The notes beneath the pieces were generated by a model. It ran no database searches. It had not been told where the DNA came from and saw only the letters and a program-made list of their open reading frames with translations. Shown one piece after another: positions 8,266 through 16,537 of a stretch of DNA of 64,000 bases. This stretch comes from Polyangiaceae bacterium. GTDB taxonomy: Bacteria > Myxococcota_A > Polyangia > Polyangiales > Polyangiaceae. The position numbers and the translations under genes were made by a program. The stretch's first letter is position 1. Each line of letters starts with the position of its first letter. The stretch covers positions 2,336,001 through 2,400,000 of the forward strand of contig CBDCTZ010000016.1 in NCBI GenBank assembly GCA_965222375.1. Direction: 5' to 3'.

Positions 8266-8340
8266 ACGGGAATGGCGCAATTGGCAGCGCGCAGGGCTCT
8301 GAACCCTGAGATCCAGGTTCGAGTCCTGGCTCCCGTTCCA
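8266..8340 (+). tRNA. tRNA-Gln(CTG)
   Basis: CAGGG-CTCTGAA-CCCTG, GGTTCGAGTCC, encoded CCA. Confidence 0.9.
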
Positions 8341-8382
8341 ATGCAGGCCACTCGAATCGTACGGCGCGGTCTGTGTTCCTTC

Positions 8383-8470
8383 ACTCGAGTGGCGAAACGG
8401 AAAACGCAGCTGGCTCAGACCCAGTCGCTCCTTAGTGAGCTTGTGAGTTCGACTCTCACCTCGAGTACCA
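8383..8470 (+). tRNA. tRNA-Leu(CAG)
   Basis: ACTCGAG/CTCGAGT-A-CCA, GCTGG-CTCAGAC-CCAGT, long variable arm. Confidence 0.9.
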
Positions 8471-8481
8471 ACACGCAGCAC

Positions 8482-8554
8482 GTCCCCATCGTCTAAACGG
8501 AAAGGACTCGAGGCTTTCAATCTCGCAATCGGGGTTCGATTCCCCGTGGGGACA
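8482..8554 (+). tRNA. tRNA-Glu(TTC)
   Basis: GTCCCCA/TGGGGAC, CGAGG-CTTTCAA-TCTCG; its 3' end is repeated at ~8573-8588. Confidence 0.9.
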
Positions 8555-8596
8555 CTAGAGATCGAGTTGCAGTTCCCCGTGGGGACACCCACATCT

Positions 8597-8667
8597 CGCT
8601 ACGACCCAAGGTGGACCAGGCTCTCATAAGGCCTCGGGACCCGGTGCGAATCCGGGCGTAGCGCCCA
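8597..8667 (+). tRNA. tRNA with CAT anticodon (Met or Ile2), weak D arm
   Basis: CGCTACG/CGTAGCG-C-CCA, AGGCT-CTCATAA-GGCCT, T loop TGCGAAT. Confidence 0.7.
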
Positions 8668-8677
8668 CTGAATATTC

Positions 8678-8753
8678 GCGTCGGAAGCTAACCTGGTGGA
8701 AGCGCTGGTTTGAAAAACCGGAGGCGTTGGTTCGATCCCAACCCGACGCACCA
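8678..8753 (+). tRNA. tRNA-Phe(GAA)
   Basis: GCGTCGG/CCGACGC-A-CCA, CTGGT-TTGAAAA-ACCGG. Confidence 0.88.
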
Positions 8754-8811
8754 AGCAGATGGCAGAGATCCTTGGGTGCGCCCCGAATGCGACCGCCATC
8801 CTGCGCAAGAT

Positions 8812-8887
8812 GTGGCCGCGGTGTGAGTAGTACGCACGGTAGGTTGTGGTCCTGCAGGTACGGGTGCAAATCCCGTCGGTCACCCCA
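8812..8887 (+). tRNA. tRNA-His(GTG)
   Basis: GTGGCCG/CGGTCAC-C-CCA, GTAGG-TTGTGGT-CCTGC, T loop TGCAAAT. Confidence 0.8.
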
Positions 8888-8918
8888 ATGTTTTTCGCTG
8901 CGCGTGCCGCAGCAGTTT

Positions 8919-8992
8919 GGGACGGTCGTCCAATAGGAAGACGCTGGTGTCGCAAACCAGAGATCCGGGTGCGATTCCCGGCCGCTCCACCA
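8919..8992 (+). tRNA. tRNA-Ala(CGC)
   Basis: G3:U70 pair, CTGGT-GTCGCAA-ACCAG, A-CCA end. Confidence 0.82.
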
Positions 8993-8993
8993 T

Positions 8994-9062
8994 GGGTTCG
9001 AGGTCATAGAGACCAACCGGTTTCCAACTCCGGAGGACAGGGTGCAATTCCTTGCGGACCCG
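8994..9062 (+). tRNA. tRNA-Trp(CCA), atypical
   Basis: GGGTTCG/CGGACCC, CCGG(T)-TTCCAAC-(T)CCGG, T loop TGCAATT. Confidence 0.68.
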
Positions 9063-9146
9063 CTACAGCTGTTTTCCACAACTTCGCCCACCCCGGGGTG
9101 GGACAATCTGTTCGGACGAGGCGTATTATTCGATTTCACGTCGAAT

Positions 9147-9230
9147 GGAAGCAGAATCGCCCATAGGGGCGAGCGTCGTTGCTAGCGACTGCGCACCGCA
9201 AGGTGTGGGGTGCGAGTCCTCCTGTTTCCG
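9147..9230 (+). tRNA. tRNA-Ser(GCT)
   Basis: GGAAGCA/TGTTTCC-G, GTCG-TTGCTAG-CGAC, long variable arm with GCAA loop. Confidence 0.75.
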
Positions 9231-9334
9231 CTGCTGGTGAGCGCGCACGCCCGGGCGCGTCCGCGTTTGCTGGCCACTCTTCGGCCGCCCAAGGCGCATG
9301 CCTCCCCCATGCGGCGCCTTGGGCGTGCCCCTTT

Positions 9335-9405
9335 GCGACGGTCGTCCAATAGTAGGATCCGAGAGCGCCACTCTCGAGATGCGGGTGCGATTCCCGCTCG
9401 TCGCT
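9335..9405 (+). tRNA. tRNA-Gly(GCC)
   Basis: GCGACGG/TCGTCGC-T, CGAGA-GCGCCAC-TCTCG, T loop TGCGATT. Confidence 0.78.
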
Positions 9406-9482
9406 CCGGTGTCCACCTGTCGGTGCATGTTCCTACGCCACGCAGCGCTGCGCGCGTTTTGTCTGGCGTATCGGTCTTCATG

Positions 9483-9629
9483 TGTTCCGAGGATATCGAC
9501 CTGGTCGCGGGTTCGACTCCCGTCACGTTTTAGAGAAGCGTGTAGCTCAATGGTAGAGCAACGGACTGATACTCCGTCACCCCACAACACTAACTGTAAG
9601 TGTTAACCCCAGGTCGGGCGGGTGGGACA
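9483..9629 (+). ncRNA. Y RNA-like RNA 3 with complete circularly permuted tRNA cloverleaf (anticodon GAT)
   Basis: T arm 9507-9523, 7-bp acceptor closed by TAGAG loop 9524-9542, TA plus D arm 9543-9559, ACGGA-CTGATAC-TCCGT 9561-9577; enclosed by CGACCTGG/CCAGGTCG and TGTTCC/GGGACA. Confidence 0.85.
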
Positions 9630-10063
9630 GCCCCTTCGTTCGGGGTGTGTAGACGCGTGGCTGTGGGGTGCTTCGGTACTCCGCGGGCCGCGTGTTCCGC
9701 ACAAAACAGCGTTTCGGCGCCGCTCGCGAACGAAACCGGGCGCGCGCCCGAAACCCGTGCGCATTTGTGGCTTACGACTAGGACCATCGTTGCGGCGACC
9801 GTCCTAGCGACATCCACTCGTGCCCACGCGTTTCGCGCCGCACCCGGCCCGTGATGCTGCGTGCAGCGATCTGCGCGACGCGTGCTTTGCGAAGCGCGCG
9901 AGGCAAAGCCGCTCCACGTTCATCGGGAGGTCCCGCTCGCCAGGCCGCTATTTCGCGGTTGGGCTGGTGCTGACGGCACCAGAGTATGGGCCGACGCCGT
10001 AGCCTTGGTTGTGGCCTAGAGGCCGAATCCGTCGAACTCCGTTCGTGCTACTGTTTCGCCTGA

Positions 10064-10243
10064 ATGAGTGAGTCAACGCAGGCCCCAGATGCGAGCGACG
10101 CGATCGACGAGCGCGGTGTTGACCGCGTGCAGATCCGACGAATGCTTTCGTGGTCGCCTGAGCGGAGGCTTCAGTGGCTGCAGGAATTCATGGAGTCTGT
10201 GGCTGAAATTCGGCAGCTGAATGAAGACCGCAAGGTTTGCTGA
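10064..10243 (+). CDS. Small helical protein, putative antitoxin (59 aa, not in ORF track)
   Basis: MSESTQ...GVDRVQIRRMLSWSPERRLQWLQEF...; overlaps the downstream NTase gene. Confidence 0.65.
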   Translation: MSESTQAPDASDAIDERGVDRVQIRRMLSWSPERRLQWLQEFMESVAEIRQLNEDRKVC

Positions 10244-10706
10244 GCTACTGCGGGCGCTGGCAGCGGAGGACGTAGACGCCATTGTCGTCGGGCTGCTGTC
10301 TGGGGTCCTCCAGGGCGCACCGGTGACCACGGCGGATGTGGACATCGTGCATCGGCGCACACCGGAGAATGTCGAGCGCTTGCTTAAAGTGCTCGAGCGC
10401 GTCAATGCGTTCTACCGCCACGACCAACGGCGGCTCAGGCCGAAGGCGTCACACTTGTTGGGGCCGGGGCACCAGTTGCTCGAAACTGACTTTGGCGATC
10501 TCGATTGCCTTGGTGAGATAGATGGCGGCCGGAGCTTTGAAGACTTGGAGCCACACGCCACGCGGCTAGCTCTGGGCAAGGACTTGACGGTTCTTGCGCT
10601 GAACCTCAGTGAGCTGGTCGAAGTGAAGCGCAGAGCCGGGCGCCCCAAGGATCTCGCGGTGTTGCCGGTGCTCGAAGCGACCCTCGCCGAAACTGAGAAG
10701 CGCTGA
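10221..10706 (+). CDS. Pol-beta-fold nucleotidyltransferase, putative TA toxin
   Basis: VVG....LQG...TTADVD and K...GRPKD motifs. Confidence 0.8.
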   Translation: MKTARFAELLRALAAEDVDAIVVGLLSGVLQGAPVTTADVDIVHRRTPENVERLLKVLERVNAFYRHDQRRLRPKASHLLGPGHQLLETDFGDLDCLGEIDGGRSFEDLEPHATRLALGKDLTVLALNLSELVEVKRRAGRPKDLAVLPVLEATLAETEKR

Positions 10707-10837
10707 GCCGACCGCTGCTCTCGAGTGTCGTGGGCGGCTGCGAGTCGCGCCGACGCGCGGGTGGTCATGAGCCGACGCCGTGCGGCGAGCCCTGCACTCT
10801 GGTGTGGCAGCACGCGCTTGCCGAGCGACCCGCGCTC

Positions 10838-10899
10838 CGACCCATCCTTTTTCGCGCGCTCTGCAGGGAGCGCCAAATACGACTCAAACCAAACCAAAC
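10838..10899 (+). repeat. Motif A (CGACCCAYCACTGTCGCGCG-N-GGAGCGCCAAATACGACTCAAACCAAACC), copy 1
   Basis: Six copies: 10838, 31520, 37931, 42098(-), 48672, 55860. Confidence 0.9.
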
Positions 10900-10959
10900 A
10901 ACAAGTCGAAGACATCTGTCTTCCCGCGTGCCGGCGGATCCGGTTGGAGGCCTTGAGCC

Positions 10960-12066
10960 ATGATCAAAGTATTCAATGTAGGACTCAATGAACGAGTGGT
11001 GGTCTTCAAGGATGGACTGCCCCTTCGCGCGCTCGGTCCGGGCCGTCACACGGTGTGGGGTACGCGACTGATGGATCTGCGCTGGAACACGACTGAGATC
11101 CTGTTTCAGGCAGCGCCGGAAGTGCGCGGCCTGATGCCGACGGATTGGTTCGCCGAGGCACACCTCAGCGCTCTCGAGCGCGGTGTGATTTTCAAGGACG
11201 ACGTTCCCGTCGCGTTTCTGCGTCCGGGTGTACACCGTTTCTGGACGGTGGACCCGTCGGTGCGTCTCACGGTTTTTCGTGTGGATGAGCCGATGCCGGA
11301 GCTGACGGACGAGCTGGTGCGCGTACTGCCCAAGGGCGAGTACGTGGTGACGACTGTCATCGCGCACCAGCGCGGCCTGAAGTTCGTGCGCGGTGAGCTG
11401 ACGGAAATTCTGCCGCCGGGTCGCTACGCGATGTGGTCGTACCCGGGTGCCGAAGTGGCACTGCAGACCGTCGACATGCGCACCGAGCAGGTTGCCCTCG
11501 TGGGCCAGGAGCTGATGACCCGTGACAAGGTCACGCTGCGCCTGAGCCTGACGGTGGAATACGCCATCGCCGACCCGGCACGTGTCGTGACGGGTGTGGC
11601 GAACGTCAAGGACGCCGTCTACCTGCTGGTGCAGCTTGCTGCGCGTCAGTTCGTCTCGGGCGTGACTCTCGATGAGCTGCTGGAAGGTCGCGACGCCATG
11701 ACTCGTTTCCTCGAAGAGGATGCGATGCCCAAGGCGGCCACCTTTGGTGTGCGTATCGAGCGCGTCGGTGTCAAGGACGTGGTTCTGCCGGGTGAAATGA
11801 AGACCCTGCTGAACCGCGTGATCGAGGCCGAGAAGGAAGCGGCCGCGAACGTGATCCTCCGTCGTGAGGAAACGGCCGCGACGCGATCCCTGGCCAACAC
11901 CGCACGTGTCATGTCGGATCAGCCGATGCTGCTCCGTCTGAAGGAGCTCGAGAGCTTCAAGGAAATCGCGGGAAACATCCAGGAGGTGCGTCTCGTGGTG
12001 GGTGCCGACTCGCTCAAGGCACTGCTTCCGGCCGACATGCTCGGCAAGGCTTCCAATGGGAACTAA
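10960..12066 (+). CDS. SPFH/band-7 (slipin-type) protein
   Basis: Repeated L.PGR/H N-terminal units, QELMTRDKVTLR, VGVKDVVLPG, RSLANTA motifs; GGAGG RBS. Confidence 0.92.
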   Translation: MIKVFNVGLNERVVVFKDGLPLRALGPGRHTVWGTRLMDLRWNTTEILFQAAPEVRGLMPTDWFAEAHLSALERGVIFKDDVPVAFLRPGVHRFWTVDPSVRLTVFRVDEPMPELTDELVRVLPKGEYVVTTVIAHQRGLKFVRGELTEILPPGRYAMWSYPGAEVALQTVDMRTEQVALVGQELMTRDKVTLRLSLTVEYAIADPARVVTGVANVKDAVYLLVQLAARQFVSGVTLDELLEGRDAMTRFLEEDAMPKAATFGVRIERVGVKDVVLPGEMKTLLNRVIEAEKEAAANVILRREETAATRSLANTARVMSDQPMLLRLKELESFKEIAGNIQEVRLVVGADSLKALLPADMLGKASNGN

Positions 12067-12096
12067 AGCGCAAGCTTCCCATGGGAGCTAGAGCGT

Positions 12097-12145
12097 CGAT
12101 GCCCCGCCCCTAGAAGGACCGGGGGGTGGGGGCATCGGTTTTTTT
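12097..12145 (+). terminator. Terminator hairpin after the slipin gene, repeated after each remnant
   Basis: CGATGCCCC...GGGGCATCG plus T run; copies near 15401, 31956, 38332. Confidence 0.8.
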
Positions 12146-12330
12146 CGCGTGGCGAAACGCGCACGCAGACCTGTTTCCGCGCGTGCGAACACACGCGGTG
12201 CTTCTCGTCGCATGGGTTGTTGATAAGTCCGACTAGTGAGTTGCAGTGCAGCGTTGCACCCACGCAACTGCCGGTAGACAATCGTCGTTCTCGAGAAGAC
12301 GATGGCGCCTAGCGATAAGGACTCGGCCTA

Positions 12331-13527
12331 GTGGCACTGGTTCGCCGGATGCAACCCAGTCGCTGGTTCGCTGTGCCAGCGTTTGCGGCGGCCCCGCTCT
12401 TTGCTGCGTTTGCCCTGCCAGCATTCCGCTCGAGCGTGATCGCCGGGTCCATGCTCACGGCGCTGATGGTGATGGCTATCGTTGCGGGTTTCGCGATTCG
12501 ACGCCGCGCCACCAAGGAGCGCCAGGCTGACTACCAGGTCGACAATGCCGGAGTCCACATCGCGGGCGAGCAGGTGGTCGACCGCCGCCGCATCGTCAAC
12601 GCGCAGTTCGTTCCGCGCACGAGCCGAAAGCCTGATTTTGTCCGCCTCGATGATCGCGATCGGTATCGCACCGAGTTGGAAGTGGCAGACCAAGACGAGG
12701 GAGCAGCGATTCTCGCCACGCTCGGCTACGCACCGACTCACCACGCGTTCGTCCAACGCTGCATCGCTCCGTACTCGGGGCCCTTTGGGCGGTTCAGTCT
12801 GGCTCTGTTTGCCGTCGCTGGCCTCGGCTTGGCACTGGCGCTGTTGCTGAGTGCGCCGGCGTTCTTGTTCGTGATCCCGTTCGCCATCCTGGCTCAGGTG
12901 GTGATGGCGTTTGCCACGAAAGTGGAGGTGGGGGCCGAGGGGCTGCGGTTGTTCTCCCCGGTGACGCAGCAATTCTTCTCCTACGACGAGGTAGCGGCCG
13001 TCGGACCTTCCACCCGCGGGGTACGCGTCGCGCTAAGGAAAGGCTCTGTCGAAATCCCGCTGACGCCGAGCATCACTCTCGCCCACGAGCACGAGCGGGT
13101 GCGGCAAGCGGAATTGATCGCGCGCATGCGTGCCGCCCTCGAAGCCTACCGCGGCGCCGATCCGACCGCTCTCACCGGTCGCCTGCAGCGACGCGGCCGA
13201 AACGCGGAGCAATGGAGCGCAGCGCTCAAGGAGCTGGGGCGCGACTATCGCCAAGCGGCGATCACAGATGAGGCGCTGTTGGCCGTTGCCCAAAGCCCCG
13301 CCGCCGAACCCTCTGCCCGCGGCGGCGCCGCCGCCTTGCTCGCCGACAGCAACAACGAGGTGAAGCAGCGTCTCCGCGTCGCTGCCGAAGCCTGCGCCAG
13401 TCCCAAGCTGCGCGTCGTTCTCGATCGTGCTGCCACAGGCGACGCCGACGCCACGCTGGAGCTCGCCGCCGAGCTCGAAGAGACCGAAAACGACCTCGAC
13501 GCAGCGGACACCACGTCCTCGAGCTAA
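12331..13527 (+). CDS. Hypothetical membrane protein
   Basis: Two pairs of hydrophobic helices and a helical C-terminus. Confidence 0.7.
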   Translation: MALVRRMQPSRWFAVPAFAAAPLFAAFALPAFRSSVIAGSMLTALMVMAIVAGFAIRRRATKERQADYQVDNAGVHIAGEQVVDRRRIVNAQFVPRTSRKPDFVRLDDRDRYRTELEVADQDEGAAILATLGYAPTHHAFVQRCIAPYSGPFGRFSLALFAVAGLGLALALLLSAPAFLFVIPFAILAQVVMAFATKVEVGAEGLRLFSPVTQQFFSYDEVAAVGPSTRGVRVALRKGSVEIPLTPSITLAHEHERVRQAELIARMRAALEAYRGADPTALTGRLQRRGRNAEQWSAALKELGRDYRQAAITDEALLAVAQSPAAEPSARGGAAALLADSNNEVKQRLRVAAEACASPKLRVVLDRAATGDADATLELAAELEETENDLDAADTTSSS

Positions 13528-13622
13528 GAGGCCAACGGCTAGCCAGGCGCAATGTAAGCGAACGCCTACATTGCAAATCGTAGGCGATCGCTTACAATTC
13601 GGGGTGAAGGCGAGCGCCTACT

Positions 13623-13901
13623 ATGAGTCCAATTGTACGTACTCCCAGGGATTTCGGTGCGCTCGTGCGCGATCGACGGCGTGCTCACGGCATGAGCCAA
13701 CGGGCGCTAGCCAACGCGATCGGCGCTAGCCGATGGTGGGTCAACGAGGTTGAGCGAGGCAAACCCCGGGCGGAGCTGTCGCTGGTACTCCGGGCGCTCG
13801 AGACGCTCGGAGTCCGACTCATTGCAGAGACGCAGGAGCCGGGCGGAACGAGCGCGATCGACGCCATCGTTGACGATGCTCGGGGAAAAACAAGTGAGTG
13901 A
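13623..13901 (+). CDS. hipB: XRE HTH antitoxin (HipB-like)
   Basis: GMSQRALANAIGASRWWVNEVERGK; overlaps hipA. Confidence 0.88.
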   Translation: MSPIVRTPRDFGALVRDRRRAHGMSQRALANAIGASRWWVNEVERGKPRAELSLVLRALETLGVRLIAETQEPGGTSAIDAIVDDARGKTSE

Positions 13902-15165
13902 CGAACTGCACGTCTACCTGGCGACCGAGCATGTCGGACAGCTGAGCCGGACGCGGAGTGGGCGCGCAGAGTTCACCTACGACGCGGACTGGCAGTCACG
14001 AGCGGATGCTCATCCGTTGTCTCTGTCCATGCCGCTGGCTGCGCGTCAGCACGGACCGTCTGTCGTGGAACCGTACCTCTGGGGCTTGTTACCTGACAAC
14101 GAACTCATTCTGGATGCGTGGGCGCGTCGATTCCACGTTTCGGCGCGCAACGCGCTCGCCTTGCTGGCCCACGTCGGTGCTGACTGTCCAGGCGCTGTTC
14201 GCCTTGTCCGATCGAAAGCGTCCAAGAAGGATCCCAGCAAGATTGAATGGCTCGATTCAGTCGAGATCGCCGAGCGGCTACGCCGGCTCAGGAAGGACAT
14301 CTCTGCTTGGCGCATACCCTCGGATACGGGTCAGTTCAGCCTCGCCGGTGCCCAACCGAAGACAGCCCTGTGCTTCGACGGCAAGCGATGGGGACTCCCT
14401 TCGGGAAGCACGCCAACCACGCATATCTTGAAACCAGGCGTCTTGGCCCTGGACGGATCGGCGTACAATGAGCACTTTTGTTTGAACCTGGCGCGTGAGC
14501 TGGGCTTGCCTGCTGCCGCGTCGACGATCGAGCGCTTCGAGGACGAAATCGCAATCGTAGTCGCGCGCTACGACCGCCGCGCCGACGATCACGGAGTGCA
14601 GCGCATCCACCAGGAAGACCTGTGTCAGGCCTTGGGCGTGCACCCAGCGCGAAAATATCAAAATGAAGGCGGCCCGGGCCCCCGGGCAATTGCCCAGTTG
14701 CTGCGCGAAGCGTCGACTCAACCCGCTGAAGACATCGGGACCTTCCTTTCTGCGCTGGCGCTCAATTGGCTCATTGCTGGGACGGATGCCCACGCCAAGA
14801 ACTACTCGCTGTTGATTGGCGTGCAGGGGCGCAGCCGGTTGGCACCGCTATACGACATCGCCAGCGCGCTCCCCTACCCAGACATGCCAGCGCAGAAGCT
14901 GAAGCTCGCGATGAAGATCGGTGGCAAGTACCGGTTGCGAGACATCGGCCGATACGAGTGGGAGAAGCTTGGCCAGGAGCTGGGGCTAGCAGCTGAGCAC
15001 GTGCTGTCCGTGGCCTGCCAGCTCGCGCGGCAGCTTCCGGACGCGAGCAGCACCGTGCTCAGTCGAATGGGCAGCGAAGGAGCGGAGCACGCAATCCTAC
15101 CCGAGCTGCATGCTGCCCTCGTGGGGCGCAGCATGAAGTGCGTACGGCTGCTCGGCACGGCGTGA
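13894..15165 (+). CDS. hipA: HipA-family kinase toxin
   Basis: PLSLSMP, GLLPDN, SLAGAQPK, HQEDLCQA, DAHAKNYS, LAPLYD. Confidence 0.95.
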   Translation: MSDELHVYLATEHVGQLSRTRSGRAEFTYDADWQSRADAHPLSLSMPLAARQHGPSVVEPYLWGLLPDNELILDAWARRFHVSARNALALLAHVGADCPGAVRLVRSKASKKDPSKIEWLDSVEIAERLRRLRKDISAWRIPSDTGQFSLAGAQPKTALCFDGKRWGLPSGSTPTTHILKPGVLALDGSAYNEHFCLNLARELGLPAAASTIERFEDEIAIVVARYDRRADDHGVQRIHQEDLCQALGVHPARKYQNEGGPGPRAIAQLLREASTQPAEDIGTFLSALALNWLIAGTDAHAKNYSLLIGVQGRSRLAPLYDIASALPYPDMPAQKLKLAMKIGGKYRLRDIGRYEWEKLGQELGLAAEHVLSVACQLARQLPDASSTVLSRMGSEGAEHAILPELHAALVGRSMKCVRLLGTA

Positions 15166-15174
15166 GCGCCGCAA

Positions 15175-15396
15175 GCGAACGTGATCCTCCGTCGTGAGGA
15201 AACGGCCGCGACGCGATCGCTCGCCAACACCGCACGTGTCATGACGGATCAGCCGATGCTGCTCCGACTGAAGGAGCTCGAGAGCTTCGAGGAAATCGCG
15301 GGAAACATTCAGGAGGTGCGTCTCGTGGTGGGTGCCGACTCGCTCGAGGCACTGCTTCCGGCCGACATGCTCGGCAAGGCTTCCAATGGAGACTAG
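15175..15396 (+). pseudogene. 3' fragment copy of the slipin gene
   Basis: Near-identical to 11845-12066, followed by the same terminator and motif B. Confidence 0.92.
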
Positions 15397-15630
15397 AGCG
15401 TCGATGCCCCGCCCCTAAAAGGACCGGGGGGCGGGGGCATCGGTTTTCCGCTTGCGCGCAAACGTAGGCAGCAGCTTGTTTCCGCGCGTGCAAGAGCACG
15501 CGGTGCTTCTCGTCGCATGGGTTGTTGATGAATCGGCGGTGCAAGCAACCCCGCCTCCCAAACGATTTTCGCTGCGGCGCCCTTCGTCCCAGCCTCGCCT
15601 CGCTGGGCGTTCTTGCACCTCGCTGCGTCT

Positions 15631-16230
15631 CTAGCGTTTTCCCGGAAGCTTCATCCGGCCGCGGCTTGGGAGTTCACAGCCCGCCTCGAGATTGCACTTC
15701 TGTGATTCGCATTCGTTGTCGTGAGCGCAGAGCTGGCGATCAGGGCGCGAGCAGTCGCTGGAACATCGCGCTTGTTGACGTCCCAGGGGCAGTTTCTCAA
15801 AGCAGCACCTCAGTCCAGGCGCACAGTCTGCTGTCTCGTCACACGCAAAGTCCCAACCGGCGTCGGGACAGCCGTCGTGACGATCCACGCAGAACTTGTC
15901 GTGCTCCACATGACAACAGAACTGATCGGACGTGGAGCAGTCCAGATCGCCGCAACGGATCTTCCCGGGCCCAGACGTCCGGTATCGCGGTGGCCGGTAT
16001 GGCATCGTGATGGCGCCGACGTCCGAGACGCTCCCGGATTCAGCTTGAGGCGGAGTGCGGGTTGTCGGTCGGGCTGTGGGCGGTAGCGGTGCGCTCCGGG
16101 GGTATCCAGCTTGTGCCGTTCGACGTGCAGGCGTATCTTCCTTTCTAGCCGGATCAAACAACAGGAGGGCAAGCCATGCGAGCAGTGCGCACACCAGCAC
16201 AACCAGCGCAAATCTCAAGAGGAGCTTTGT
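15631..16230 (-). CDS. Cys-rich exported protein (start uncertain)
   Basis: TM segment, Pro-rich linker, CCH/CDETADC/CC repeats; 3' end re-occurs degenerate at ~32120-32270. Confidence 0.55.
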   Translation of the reverse strand, partial: TKLLLRFALVVLVCALLAWLALLLFDPARKEDTPARRTAQAGYPRSAPLPPTARPTTRTPPQAESGSVSDVGAITMPYRPPRYRTSGPGKIRCGDLDCSTSDQFCCHVEHDKFCVDRHDGCPDAGWDFACDETADCAPGLRCCFEKLPLGRQQARCSSDCSRPDRQLCAHDNECESQKCNLEAGCELPSRGRMKLPGKR

Positions 16231-16537
16231 TTCGGGTAGCTGCACTGGTGGCTGCAGTATGCACCCTGGTGGGGGGTGGGGTGCCAACTGCTGCCCGGAT
16301 CGTCTCCGGATGTGGTTACGCCCCCGTCGGTTAGCGAGCGTGCGGAAACGGCGATGGTCACCGCCCGAGCCGGCGGACAACCGAACCTCGTGACCGTGTT
16401 GAACGACCGGAGTGGGCGCTTGCTGCCATCGGGCCAACTCGACTTCGAGATCGCCCCAGACAAGTCCAAGGCTACGCATCGCCGGCGCGTTACCGTCGTT
16501 GGCTGGGCAACCAGCAGCGATGGAAGCACGTGTACGT

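Noticed and set aside
7186..9817. ORFs called across the tRNA array and repeats
   Set aside because: They overlap tRNA genes and tandem repeats and show no protein motifs.
10876..10886. T7 promoter-like AATACGACTCA inside motif A
   Set aside because: It lacks CTATAG and there is no phage RNA polymerase in the window; an 11-nt match is likely chance.
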